A stretch of DNA of 64,000 nt, from the NCBI GenBank assembly GCA_017561935.1, contig JAFZBE010000047.1, positions 19,680 to 83,679 on the forward strand. The letters are read 5' to 3'. Numbering within the stretch: position 1 is the first letter of the stretch; the number at the start of each line of letters is the position of its first letter. This document shows, piece after piece, positions 50,601-58,859 of the stretch. This DNA comes from Bacteroidales bacterium. GTDB lineage: Bacteria > Bacteroidota > Bacteroidia > Bacteroidales > UBA3663. The notes under the pieces are model-generated. The model was not told the DNA's origin and did not search any database. It saw only the letters and a program-made list of their open reading frames with translations. The position numbers and the translations under genes are program-made.

Positions 50601-51421
50601 AAGAAATTCTTGCGCGAATCGCAGTTCACATAGTGCTCACCTTCTTTTGCAATCTTCATGAGGTCGGCATCCGCCATCTGCTGGAACTCATTCACAGGAT
50701 TCTCCACTGCATTACTACCCTCATATAACATAATCTGAGCTTGCAGGGTCTTGATGAGGAACGATCCCAAGTCATCGAGTCCGGTCAACGATCGACCATC
50801 CCATCGGCAATTGTACTCATATATATTATTGCTACAGCTGGCTTTTTGGCAACCATCCTCAATCTTCTGCTTCAATGATGCAAGTTTGCGGTCGGCCTCG
50901 TCATTCAGGTTGCAGAACTTACGGCGAGCGACATCGTCCATCTGCTCATAGACGGCTGGATTGCGGAAACAGAACAGACAACGGCGCAAGGAGTTGGCAT
51001 CCATCAGGGCACCGAAGAGCATCTCAAGCTCTGTAACACTCTTCTGCTCACGGGATTCCTTACGGATGTACGTTCTTTCCTCGTCGGTCATCTCATCCAG
51101 CATCACCTGCCAACTTTCGGCCGATGGTATCCAGCCATAACGGTCGCCAAGCAGACCGATAAAGAATGGACGTGACTGGCGAATCTCAGAGATACACTCA
51201 CGCAGCACAATATTCTCCCGTTCATTCTCGTCGGCGTCCTGGGTGTTTACCCCCCAGCGCAAGTCGATGAACTGCAGCGTGAAGCCCTGTGGCGCCAGCA
51301 GCTGCTGAAGAGTCGGCGCGACTCTGTTCATGATCAGATCGCGCTCAGCATCCATGTCCTTGAAGGTACTGCTCAGGAACACCTTGATGTTCTTCCCGTT
51401 CTGCATGGCAGTATATGTCAT
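47636..51421 (-). CDS. STAND-type NTPase: DUF4062-like N-terminal domain + P-loop NTPase + C-terminal TPR-like repeats
   Basis: KVFLSSTFKDMDAERDL...FIGLLGDRYGWIP (aa 13-99). Walker A ARYGYGKT (nt 50525-50548). Walker B LLLIDDL (nt 50282-50302). The last ~400 aa form a helical repeat region with TPR-like periodicity. Confidence 0.8.
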   Translation of the reverse strand: MTYTAMQNGKNIKVFLSSTFKDMDAERDLIMNRVAPTLQQLLAPQGFTLQFIDLRWGVNTQDADENERENIVLRECISEIRQSRPFFIGLLGDRYGWIPSAESWQVMLDEMTDEERTYIRKESREQKSVTELEMLFGALMDANSLRRCLFCFRNPAVYEQMDDVARRKFCNLNDEADRKLASLKQKIEDGCQKASCSNNIYEYNCRWDGRSLTGLDDLGSFLIKTLQAQIMLYEGSNAVENPVNEFQQMADADLMKIAKEGEHYVNCDSRKNFLNEIATRYDEDQKPRLIYARYGYGKTAFLCETYRRFGEVDDLLVFIHFTRYGDTPALALKKWLADPRIHPQRRYSLDEDVEFGELAEEFYHATKDLEMPPLLLIDDLHLMQNVYEFMFGGLQNFCMLIATAESEKMNLFSEWDVAKVLLPPVNADEGGQIVRELMKAKGKSLPQNVLNHLMDARSEHDELCCGCPLWDVLMVRKLTSLTAYDYEQIRMRGDGDAAIENYLTEITDEMGRIAPYPEQLFIVFLHDAARFMNFGFLWTSIRLLAATGFGLREQDFQAFAGDYWNQLEFSSMKRWLGDLLTIDSRTGVIDFSYQSYRRIVKYVHHEDDEPFGNFYANITARMGNLLYQNPNDEFACREMGAIAINNPTEEVLKAVLSNTSSLVWPHLVNAAIALSERRHDFVQWFRKVLDIGNDNAVVLARDIATFLSYTGDKKTAAEIVGIFNTETAGQIRKGEAYVYDSFSWVNSKHTMSLLLHQGSGLIFEAGDDFMGRLMLNMADEASAVLGAAIPDYDDYRQMQHLPEEEAASAASLSSMLRNVLCKNSSSHADMPGRVAEALHTFRTILDINRNGNAATELYLQLSFYNLCSAGELCNELYLYHGDHKSAENLISMLRDAINDMKRAHNNTAITTTAYSLAYSVISKYYEQYGDYNSAFYYQKQHEYAVFNNYRRFREGNPEVVRRYAAALDGTGRMLFQFFHEYDQAQQSAGQAIKLFEELFESNPDSLHADDLLVAAYYQMMRLKVSGKTDEAVALGRQVLEKVGQKPDAEPDPMNKALIFDELGEMLDKQGKTADALASLQAASDILSMKLDADPDNDDKMRSFVINKVRQARVSAMSAGDGAKALLFLKSAGEVVEKMTKMMPDSLKVRNVALHYYATRAQVDMVNNDMASADEYREKIASILNESVFEKGRVEDFQLLIEFLRMLCQTAIDYGRLDMAEVCVGLEYLLKQRALQERLVALEQADMASTMQLLNQIDGLKN

Positions 51422-52362
51422 AAGGATGTCATATATGGTCGAATGTGGGAGAATATGCCCTCCTGCAATTGATCGACATTGATCATCAGATAGAGCAACC
51501 CCATGTCATAGAAACGCAGGTCGAAATAGTCGCTGGCATCGGTATCCAACTGCAACAGCTGTACCCATCCCGTTCCAAACTCGTTGTCCACATCCTCCTC
51601 GTAGGGCTTGCCTAAAAGTCGGAACCCATCACCACGCACTGGACCTTCTGAGAAGGTGATGATATGAGGCGATATCATATCGTCCTCCTGGAATGGATTT
51701 ACGCGTTTCAATTTGCAGGAGGGCACATCGGCATAAATGACCTTGACAGCATATTCCGGCCACTTGCCCAGTCCGTATGGTTGCTTCACGTCATAGCCGA
51801 GAAAATAGTCTATCTCGCCGAAGAACCAAAGCATCCCCCGCTTGGGCAACCAGTCATTATCGGGAAGATCCCCGCAGTTGATCTGACAAATGAACTGCAT
51901 GGGATACCTATTGCCGTCTTCATCGGTCGTGAAGGGATACATATCCTCGGAAGGCAACTGTGGGGCATCCCAGAAATAACTGCTGCCCGAAGGCTGTGCG
52001 ACGTCGGATGGAGTCAGTTCCATATCAATCCCATGGGGCCTTGCCAATTTGACACAATGCTGTATCTCGGATTGAATCCCCCACATGGCAGCTTCCGAAT
52101 CTGCCCGTATTCCTTCACTCAGTACCACCTCCTCACCCGTCTTGATAGTGTACTCCATGCCTCTGTACTCCAGGCCGAGCTGTCTTCCGTCGTAGAATGT
52201 CACTACAGGATTATCCCCCTTGCAATTATTCCAATGAGGTAGTTCTTGTCCTACGACAAGTTCCTCTTCAGGAATTTCGTACTGCTGCATGAGACTCCTG
52301 CCCATATTGACACCACGGTCGTGGGGTATTTCATAGATGTTGATGTAACAAACTGAAGACAT
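51418..52362 (-). CDS. DUF1963 (YwqG-like) domain protein
   Basis: YPMQFICQINCGDLPDNDWLPKRGMLWFFGE and WVQLLQLDTD...FYDMGLLYLMI match the DUF1963 pattern. The stop overlaps the STAND start (ATGA). Confidence 0.65.
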   Translation of the reverse strand: MSSVCYINIYEIPHDRGVNMGRSLMQQYEIPEEELVVGQELPHWNNCKGDNPVVTFYDGRQLGLEYRGMEYTIKTGEEVVLSEGIRADSEAAMWGIQSEIQHCVKLARPHGIDMELTPSDVAQPSGSSYFWDAPQLPSEDMYPFTTDEDGNRYPMQFICQINCGDLPDNDWLPKRGMLWFFGEIDYFLGYDVKQPYGLGKWPEYAVKVIYADVPSCKLKRVNPFQEDDMISPHIITFSEGPVRGDGFRLLGKPYEEDVDNEFGTGWVQLLQLDTDASDYFDLRFYDMGLLYLMINVDQLQEGIFSHIRPYMTSL

Positions 52363-52373
52363 CGTTATATCGT

Positions 52374-52985
52374 TTAGTCAAATATTACTCTTGGGTTCAT
52401 TATTCCTGGCGAACGCCATTCTATACCATATTCTGCCAACAGTTCACGTTTAGCCGACCAATAGCGGAAACAGAAGCCCATGTGGCGTGGCACACCCTTC
52501 AGTTCTTCATAGAGTCTTCGCTCTACTTCGTCAATCACCGACAGATAAGCATCGCTGTCCTCAACAGGGTCGTATTTCAGTGAGGGATTCTCCAGCCGGT
52601 CAAGACTGTACTCACAGTTCTCTTTGTCTTCCTCATCAATGGCATGATGGAGAGCTTTCTGAAAGGCTTTCTTTGCCATCAGGCGACGCGTATTCATCGA
52701 GTAGCATTCGCCTATGTCAAAATATGAGCGACACTTCCATTTGGCATTCTCTTCCGTATCCGGCTGGTCGTCGAGGAGCTCTTCGGCCTTAGCCAGAAGA
52801 GGCATCGCCAACCAACCCCGCTCATCACGGATATAGTTATCAGCCAGCTTTATCAATGCTATCACATAGTCGGAAATAGTCCCCTGATTAGGATTCTGCT
52901 CGTAAATCCGTCTGGTGATATCCACCAACTTCTCCTCATCAGAAGCCAGGTTTTCTGCCTGGCGAAGAACTGTTTTAGTATCCAT
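52374..52985 (-). CDS. hypothetical helical protein with conserved-looking C-terminal module
   Basis: 203 aa with a helical/TPR-like N-half. C-terminus RHMGFCFRYWSAKRELLAEYGIEWRSPGIMNPRVIFD. It is the first gene of the operon. Confidence 0.55.
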   Translation of the reverse strand: MDTKTVLRQAENLASDEEKLVDITRRIYEQNPNQGTISDYVIALIKLADNYIRDERGWLAMPLLAKAEELLDDQPDTEENAKWKCRSYFDIGECYSMNTRRLMAKKAFQKALHHAIDEEDKENCEYSLDRLENPSLKYDPVEDSDAYLSVIDEVERRLYEELKGVPRHMGFCFRYWSAKRELLAEYGIEWRSPGIMNPRVIFD

Positions 52986-53016
52986 GATTTTAGTTTTATG
53001 TTGTTATATTGTGGGG

Positions 53017-53024
53017 CAAATATA
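53017..53024 (-). promoter_or_regulatory. -7 box (TATATTTG) for the four-gene STAND operon
   Basis: The plus strand reads caaatata, 32 nt upstream of the ATG at 52985. Confidence 0.55.
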
Positions 53025-53498
53025 GGTGAAAAAAATGAAAGAACAAAATTAAAAGCGAAAAAATTATAGAAAAGTTTTGGACCCTATTTATTTTATGCAC
53101 GAAGTGCAATTATATGCAGGTATTGGACCTGCAATTTTCCGGCCTGAAGAATGCTGTTGAATCAGCATTCGAAGGGAGAGGCCCCATTCTTGGGGACTGC
53201 CTTAGCCGATTATATTAATCCGGGCTATTGAAGCCCACGTCTCAAATCCATTTTCACCTCCTTTTCTTGATATTATCGGTTTCTGTTTTCGATTTGTCGA
53301 AATGGATACTGCAAATATAGCGATATTTTGATAAATGTCCAAATAAATTGGAATCTTTTTGGAAAAAGAGTTAAAAAAATGAGTGGCATCCGTAATGGAT
53401 GTCCTACTCGATCTTGCCATAGGGCGCTTGTTAGCAAAAATTAACGTTTCTATTCAAAAAAATTACCGTTTAAATTTGCAGGTTTCGCAGAAAACCAT

Positions 53499-53506
53499 TA
53501 TCTTTG
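53499..53506 (+). promoter_or_regulatory. -7 box (TATCTTTG) for the 53543 gene
   Basis: tatctttg lies 37 nt upstream of the ATG. A second TAAATTTG box is at 53471-53478. Confidence 0.5.
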
Positions 53507-53542
53507 CAGCCGCGAATTGATAAGATGATGGTTGGATTTTAG

Positions 53543-54247
53543 ATGTTTGAGAAGATGGAAGCACTAAAGCAGTTGATTCTAGAAACATTGGCCACTCGTT
53601 TCGAAGGTGAGGAGTGGACCAAATTTGTGACGCTCGAACAGATCGCCGATGCTATGGTCAATGGTATCGACATTATGAAACTCAGGGATATCCTGGCCAA
53701 GAAGGCCGATAGGCGTCCCTTTACACTCTCAATGATCCGAAGGGAGAAGATGGTTAATCACAACTCTGTGGCCGGTTATTGGGAGATTTGTGCGGTGCGT
53801 GGTGACGAGCAGATCGTCATCCCATTTACTAACAGGTATTCGAAGGTGCTTTACACCTTCTTTATGCTGCATCCTGGACAAGAGTTCACGCTCGCGGGTC
53901 TTCAGAAGTACCACGGTGAGTTCAGACGTATTGCGCTCGCCCTGTTTTATGACTCGGAGAAAACTCACACCAAAGCTACACTCCTTGATGCTGAGAAGAT
54001 TGCCACCACGATGTGCAGTCGCTTCGGATTATCGGAAAAGGAGGGAAGCAACAATGAGCGTTCGGTGGCTCTTTCCAGGGCAAAGAGGTCCGTCCTCGAC
54101 ACTCTTGGCGAGGCGGCAGGCGATTACGTTATTCAGAGGACTTCAGACAAGGAGAAGCGCGTGCTGCGTCTTGCGCCCAATCTTGTACGTGTTCCTGAAG
54201 CATTCCGTGAAATCGTTGAAGGTTGGCAAGGGGGCCTTGTGGCGTAA
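53543..54247 (+). CDS. hypothetical protein (234 aa)
   Basis: Clean ORF with its own promoter and a downstream hairpin. I recognise no motif. Confidence 0.55.
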   Translation: MFEKMEALKQLILETLATRFEGEEWTKFVTLEQIADAMVNGIDIMKLRDILAKKADRRPFTLSMIRREKMVNHNSVAGYWEICAVRGDEQIVIPFTNRYSKVLYTFFMLHPGQEFTLAGLQKYHGEFRRIALALFYDSEKTHTKATLLDAEKIATTMCSRFGLSEKEGSNNERSVALSRAKRSVLDTLGEAAGDYVIQRTSDKEKRVLRLAPNLVRVPEAFREIVEGWQGGLVA

Positions 54248-54293
54248 CGTCATGGGGCCCCCTTGCCCGTTTGCAAGGTAGTAATGAACCAAC

Positions 54294-54325
54294 GAAAGCA
54301 GCTCGACTCACGTCGGGCTGCTTTC
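54294..54325. terminator. bidirectional stem-loop between convergent genes
   Basis: gaaagcagc / gctgctttc stem. Separately, a 12-bp inverted repeat GGCAAGGGGGCC/GGCCCCCTTGCC (54224-54266) brackets the stop codon. Confidence 0.55.
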
Positions 54326-54369
54326 TTCAACGCAACAATCTACTAAAATCCTCTTACGTCTTTATCTTA

Positions 54370-54834
54370 CTATGGAAGTGGATGAGGATGATGTGGATGC
54401 GTTTCGAAGTGGAAACCATAATCATCAAATATCATTACCGGAGCGTGGCTGCGCACGATGACTACGGGTGCCTTGCGCTCCACAACAACAACTTCTCTTT
54501 CGGGTTCGGCCTCGATGGGCGCAGTCTCTCCCTCGATGGGATCGTAAGCGGCATCGATGGGATCACCATTCTGATCGACAACGACCGTGCGCTCTACAAC
54601 CACTGGACGGGTAGCTGCCTTGGTGATGGCATGATCGACAACTGCGCCGATGGCTGCACCGAGGATGAACGAGCCGATGCTACCATGATAGTAGGGGGCA
54701 GGTCCACAGTGAACATATCCGTGGTGTGGACCACCATAGTGGCCTCCGTAGTAGCCGTAGTGACGAGGCTGTGCGAAAACGGTTCCTGCGGCGCAGGCTA
54801 CTATCAGTACGAGGGTGGTTAGGATCTTCTTCAT
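54370..54834 (-). CDS. small secreted His/Gly/Tyr-rich protein
   Basis: Signal peptide MKKILTTLVLIVACAAGTVFA. QPRHYGYYGGHYGGPHHGYVHCGPAPYYHG. One hydrophobic segment. C-terminal ETHPHHPHPLP. Confidence 0.55.
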   Translation of the reverse strand: MKKILTTLVLIVACAAGTVFAQPRHYGYYGGHYGGPHHGYVHCGPAPYYHGSIGSFILGAAIGAVVDHAITKAATRPVVVERTVVVDQNGDPIDAAYDPIEGETAPIEAEPEREVVVVERKAPVVIVRSHAPVMIFDDYGFHFETHPHHPHPLP

Positions 54835-55004
54835 TGTCTTATTTCGTTTTTGAGGTTAATTATCTTGTTCTTTTGCCTCTATGACGCAGCACCCTCCAGA
54901 TGGTTTATCCCCTGGTCCTCATTTTTAGCATTTCTTGACAACAATCCTAAACTTTCCTAACGGTTTAAACCTTTGGCCTAGTAGTTGTCATTTCACAAAA
55001 TATG

Positions 55005-55050
55005 AATGCCCAGCCGATCACGAGAATCAGCTGGGCATTTCTCTTTCTTC
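55005..55050. terminator. stem-loop terminator at the end of the 58.7-55.1 kb minus-strand gene string
   Basis: aatgcccagc / gctgggcatt is a 10-bp stem with T-rich flanks on both strands. Confidence 0.65.
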
Positions 55051-55115
55051 TCATTGCGGATGTTTATTCCATGCTGGGAGACGATGATGGATGTTGATTT
55101 TTATTCATCAAGAAT

Positions 55116-55388
55116 CTACTGTTTCGAGTCTATTATCGGTTTGATTTCTCGTTCAAAAAAGCCCTTCTCTTCAATTCTGTAGTGAGGAAGATATGCCTTC
55201 ACCCTCTCACTGTCCGAAACGAGATGCTCCGCACCAATATTATCCTGAAAGCACGACTTGTAGATATTCAGGAGCCGCGACTCCGAATAGATTTCCATCT
55301 GCCCATTGACGAACTTCTCTATGTCTTGGGCGTGAAGTGTTAGGGCGTACAGGAAGGCTATTGTTAGGAGGTTTTTTTTATGGACTAT
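55116..55388 (-). pseudogene. small secreted-protein gene lacking a canonical start codon (ATA at the expected start)
   Basis: The frame is open upstream of the track's ATG (55298) and encodes a signal-peptide-like (I)VHKKNLLTIAFLYALTLHAQD. There is no ATG/GTG/TTG between the upstream stop (55461-55463) and 55298. Confidence 0.35.
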
Positions 55389-55437
55389 TGTTTCGTTCTT
55401 ATATTTCTCTCTTTCTTGATGAATCGCTTTGCAAAGA

Positions 55438-56856
55438 TTATTGGTTAGAGAGCATGTCGGCTATTAATGGACATTCTCCTTTGCGCCACAAGCATTTATT
55501 ATTTAATTGACGTTCATATAATATGTATGCGGTGAACTCCATAAGGGATGATACATAATCGAACTGTACTCCCCCTTTAGGGCTATTTATTCCATCAAGA
55601 ATCCATTCTTCAATTCCATCTGGAACATCCTGAAAAAAGTAATATTTTTCTTCCTCACTGGCATTGGGTGGTAGATGTTTATTATAAACCAAGAAGTTTA
55701 CATCAAGAAGGTCTATGTCAATTCCAAATAGTTCTTTCCAGATACATTTCATTTCGTCATTTTGAGAAATGGCATTTTCAAGTGTCCTATCTACAGGTTC
55801 GTCATCAAATTCAGGATCATATTCAACTCTAAATTCATTATGACACAAATCTCCTTTAAGAAGGATATCCCAAGCTTTTGTGACATAGTATAAAGGTACT
55901 TCATAGGTGCCACCTTTTACTACGGTATTCAAAGATAGATCGTATCGTTTATTTACAATACGTTCTTTAAAAACTTCAGGAAGAATATAAAATACGCAAC
56001 CGATACTAATTATATCAGTGTTTTTTTCCCATTCTTTATTGGTTCTATTCCATTTGTCGTTTTCAATAATCTTCTCAACCACTGACTCAAAGCGCGTTTT
56101 AAGTTCTGGATAATTGTTTGCGGCAATTCCCCAACCTTCTACTTCAGTCTTATCAGGTGAAATAAAATTCCCATATAATCGTAAGTCTTTGTCTGAAATC
56201 TTAGTTGTTGTTGAATAGCCTTTATATTCAAGATGGTATTGCTTAGCTTGATAAAAGGATTCAATTATTTCAGACTTCAATCTTATTTTTTTGCTATTTC
56301 TGAGAGTAGTGTATATCCTTCGGACCAAGTCTTCAACGCGTGAAAACATACTCTTCCCAATTCTGTCTTCAGTAGAATTATATGTATAAAAGATACAGCA
56401 TTCTTCTAATGGAACACTAAGATCGCTTTTCCAATATTTCTCATGATAATTGCCTGGATTGCCTATCAATAGTTTAATGCCCATAGTGTAGATGTCGCCT
56501 GAATTCTTTTCATTGCCAAGAATAAACTCCTTTGGAGAATCTTTTTTGTTTAAAAGTAGATTTTCGAGCCATTCAAATATATGCTTGATATCTGTCATCG
56601 TGAAATCAAAATAGAGACGTTCATTGTAGAATCCATTAACGTTAATCTCCAATATTCCGGACTGTTTGGAATAGTTCAGAATGTCGGTAATTATATCACC
56701 TAAATGATTAGGCAAATTATTCATAAGTTTATCAATTTCCTTTTGTATTGTTTCCTCTTTCATATTCGAATGTATAAATGATGATTCATAATCAATGTCT
56801 ATATCGCAGGCATGAGTGTGTGTCTTTCCCTTTTTTACCTTGAAATGGGTAAACAT
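55438..56856 (-). CDS. hypothetical protein (472 aa) in an AT-rich patch
   Basis: Long clean ORF with a K/N/I/E/Y-rich product. It is visibly lower in GC than the flanking genes. I recognise no motif. Confidence 0.6.
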   Translation of the reverse strand: MFTHFKVKKGKTHTHACDIDIDYESSFIHSNMKEETIQKEIDKLMNNLPNHLGDIITDILNYSKQSGILEINVNGFYNERLYFDFTMTDIKHIFEWLENLLLNKKDSPKEFILGNEKNSGDIYTMGIKLLIGNPGNYHEKYWKSDLSVPLEECCIFYTYNSTEDRIGKSMFSRVEDLVRRIYTTLRNSKKIRLKSEIIESFYQAKQYHLEYKGYSTTTKISDKDLRLYGNFISPDKTEVEGWGIAANNYPELKTRFESVVEKIIENDKWNRTNKEWEKNTDIISIGCVFYILPEVFKERIVNKRYDLSLNTVVKGGTYEVPLYYVTKAWDILLKGDLCHNEFRVEYDPEFDDEPVDRTLENAISQNDEMKCIWKELFGIDIDLLDVNFLVYNKHLPPNASEEEKYYFFQDVPDGIEEWILDGINSPKGGVQFDYVSSLMEFTAYILYERQLNNKCLWRKGECPLIADMLSNQ

Positions 56857-57189
56857 AGGTTACCTAATTTGAATTGACAGTATAGAAACTTATGTGTGGC
56901 ATTTGGTATAGGTGACAGCTGCTACTATTCGTCTTTGTCCTTTCTCAAGGTGATCAAAAGCTTCGCCAAGACCTGTCATAGAACAGGGCTAATACAAGCG
57001 AGGTAAAAGACAGAAAAATGATGAAACTTCATATTTCGGGGTGCAAGATACGCATTTTTCTCGACATATCATTCATTTTCTTTGAAAAAATGCTTTTATG
57101 TGACTTTTTTTTCATAATTCAACCGGTTGCACAAGGACAAAGTTGGGGATTCCTTTGAACCATCAACTTTCGCCCTTGCGAAGATTGGA

Positions 57190-58737
57190 TCAATAATTCT
57201 CCTTCCTCATATATCTGAGAAGGAAACGGGCATCTGACTGTTTCTCTTCTGGTGAACTCTCGGAGCAGAACAGGGGTTCTTCGTAGATGTCAGGCAGGTA
57301 ATTATGATCCAACAGATATAATATGGCTTCGGTGCTGATGCTCTGATCGTTCCAGAACATTGTTATAGCCTCGTCTTGAGCAATCGTGGCGTCATAGTAG
57401 GGATTGGTTGGGTCGGCAATGCAGGGTGTATAGCCAAACGAGAAGTGCATAGCGAACTTTTGGGCGTTCTTGTCGATAAAGAACAGGGGATGCTTGCCTG
57501 TCAGGCCTTTCCTATTGAGGAAGTCAAGTTGTTCAGACCGATAGCCAATGTTCTTCATCAGATAGTCCTTCATCACCTCTCGGTTTTCGAAGTAATGGAT
57601 TTCCTTGCCGCCACACCGTTTCAATAGCATTTTGCCTGTTACGTCTTGGGTTCCTTCTGGCTTGTAGTTGGGGTCTTCCTTTACGAATTCATCCCAATGG
57701 TTAGCCATATTTTCGATGGGAATCATGATGCCGTTCATGTGCCAATTGGATAGATACTTCACAAAGATGGCACAGCAACCGTCAAGTTTGTGTAATTCTT
57801 CATCGTCAACCGTCATCTCGTCACGGGCAACCCGTATCTTTTTGCCATTGGTGCTGAGCAGCTGTAGCCACTGCCCGTTATCCTCGATTGAGAATCGATA
57901 ATAGCCCATGGGCAGAACCTCTATATCCATGATTTCCTGAGCCTCATGGAGCATCGACTTGGTGCGCATCAGTGCAGCAACGTATTCCTTTGGTTTGAGT
58001 GCCAGAGGACCAATCTTGTAAGCGAAGATGCTGTGCATAATGGCATAGAACATCCGCATTGACTCTGCAGGCATCCTTTCGCTCATGTCCTCGGCCTCCT
58101 TCATGCGTTTCTCAATCAGATTCTCTCCTGCAACACTTCTGGTCAGGTAGCAGTCCGTGAATGTCCATATCAAGGCAACTCGCATCTTCTGGAAATCCTC
58201 ACTGGCCTGCTGGAGCATATCGTTGATGTCATCCGTCAGCTCGTCGTTGATGGGAGATTGTTCAAATACGCTGTCCAGTCTTTCGAATGCTACAGTCGCC
58301 ATTCTTCTAAGCGATTCGTCATCAGCATTCCACCAGGAATCATTTTTCTCTGTCGCAGCATGCCATACGATGAATCTTACAGCCTCAAAACATGGCTCAT
58401 CGGGATAATACTCTGCGTCAGCATCGTGATACAAGGGAACAGCCTGGCCGAACATCTGTTGGCACAGGGCTGAAAACGACCTCCATTGTCCACTATCGGC
58501 CACGATGTCCTCCATGTAGTTCGCCAACAGGACGGCTGAGAGCCACATGATGGATGAAGTCTGCTCACCTAAATCCAAGCGCAATCGTTTGAAATCATCG
58601 AGTAGCTGGTTGGCCAGCTTCGTATAATATGCGTCTGTGTCGTATGCTGCCATTGAGGGATGCGACTGGCGTAAGTCCATCGCCACTATCCTTTGACTAT
58701 TTCTTGTTTTCATATCAAAATAATTATCATTCGTCAT
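57190..58737 (-). CDS. hypothetical protein (about 515 aa)
   Basis: Long clean ORF. Start moved to MTNDNYF (58737) because the -7 box lies inside the maximal ORF. MKTRN (58713) is an alternative start. Confidence 0.6.
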   Translation of the reverse strand: MTNDNYFDMKTRNSQRIVAMDLRQSHPSMAAYDTDAYYTKLANQLLDDFKRLRLDLGEQTSSIMWLSAVLLANYMEDIVADSGQWRSFSALCQQMFGQAVPLYHDADAEYYPDEPCFEAVRFIVWHAATEKNDSWWNADDESLRRMATVAFERLDSVFEQSPINDELTDDINDMLQQASEDFQKMRVALIWTFTDCYLTRSVAGENLIEKRMKEAEDMSERMPAESMRMFYAIMHSIFAYKIGPLALKPKEYVAALMRTKSMLHEAQEIMDIEVLPMGYYRFSIEDNGQWLQLLSTNGKKIRVARDEMTVDDEELHKLDGCCAIFVKYLSNWHMNGIMIPIENMANHWDEFVKEDPNYKPEGTQDVTGKMLLKRCGGKEIHYFENREVMKDYLMKNIGYRSEQLDFLNRKGLTGKHPLFFIDKNAQKFAMHFSFGYTPCIADPTNPYYDATIAQDEAITMFWNDQSISTEAILYLLDHNYLPDIYEEPLFCSESSPEEKQSDARFLLRYMRKENY

Positions 58738-58745
58738 TTTCCGTG

Positions 58746-58753
58746 CAAATATA
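58746..58753 (-). promoter_or_regulatory. -7 box (TATATTTG) for the 57190-58737 gene
   Basis: The plus strand reads caaatata, 8 nt from the ATG at 58737, directly downstream of the 42-bp repeat array. Confidence 0.5.
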
Positions 58754-58859
58754 AGCATTATTTTTGACATAAGATGCATTCAGCAAGAAAAATGAAGGGT
58801 TGGGTTCATTTTTTCCAAAATTCAACCGATTGCACACGGACAAAAACGTGGGAGGATGA

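Noticed and set aside
53202-53420. 72-aa minus-strand ORF in the long intergenic region
   Set aside because: It is an AT-rich, low-complexity ORF with no start context. The region is better explained as a regulatory or possible sRNA region.
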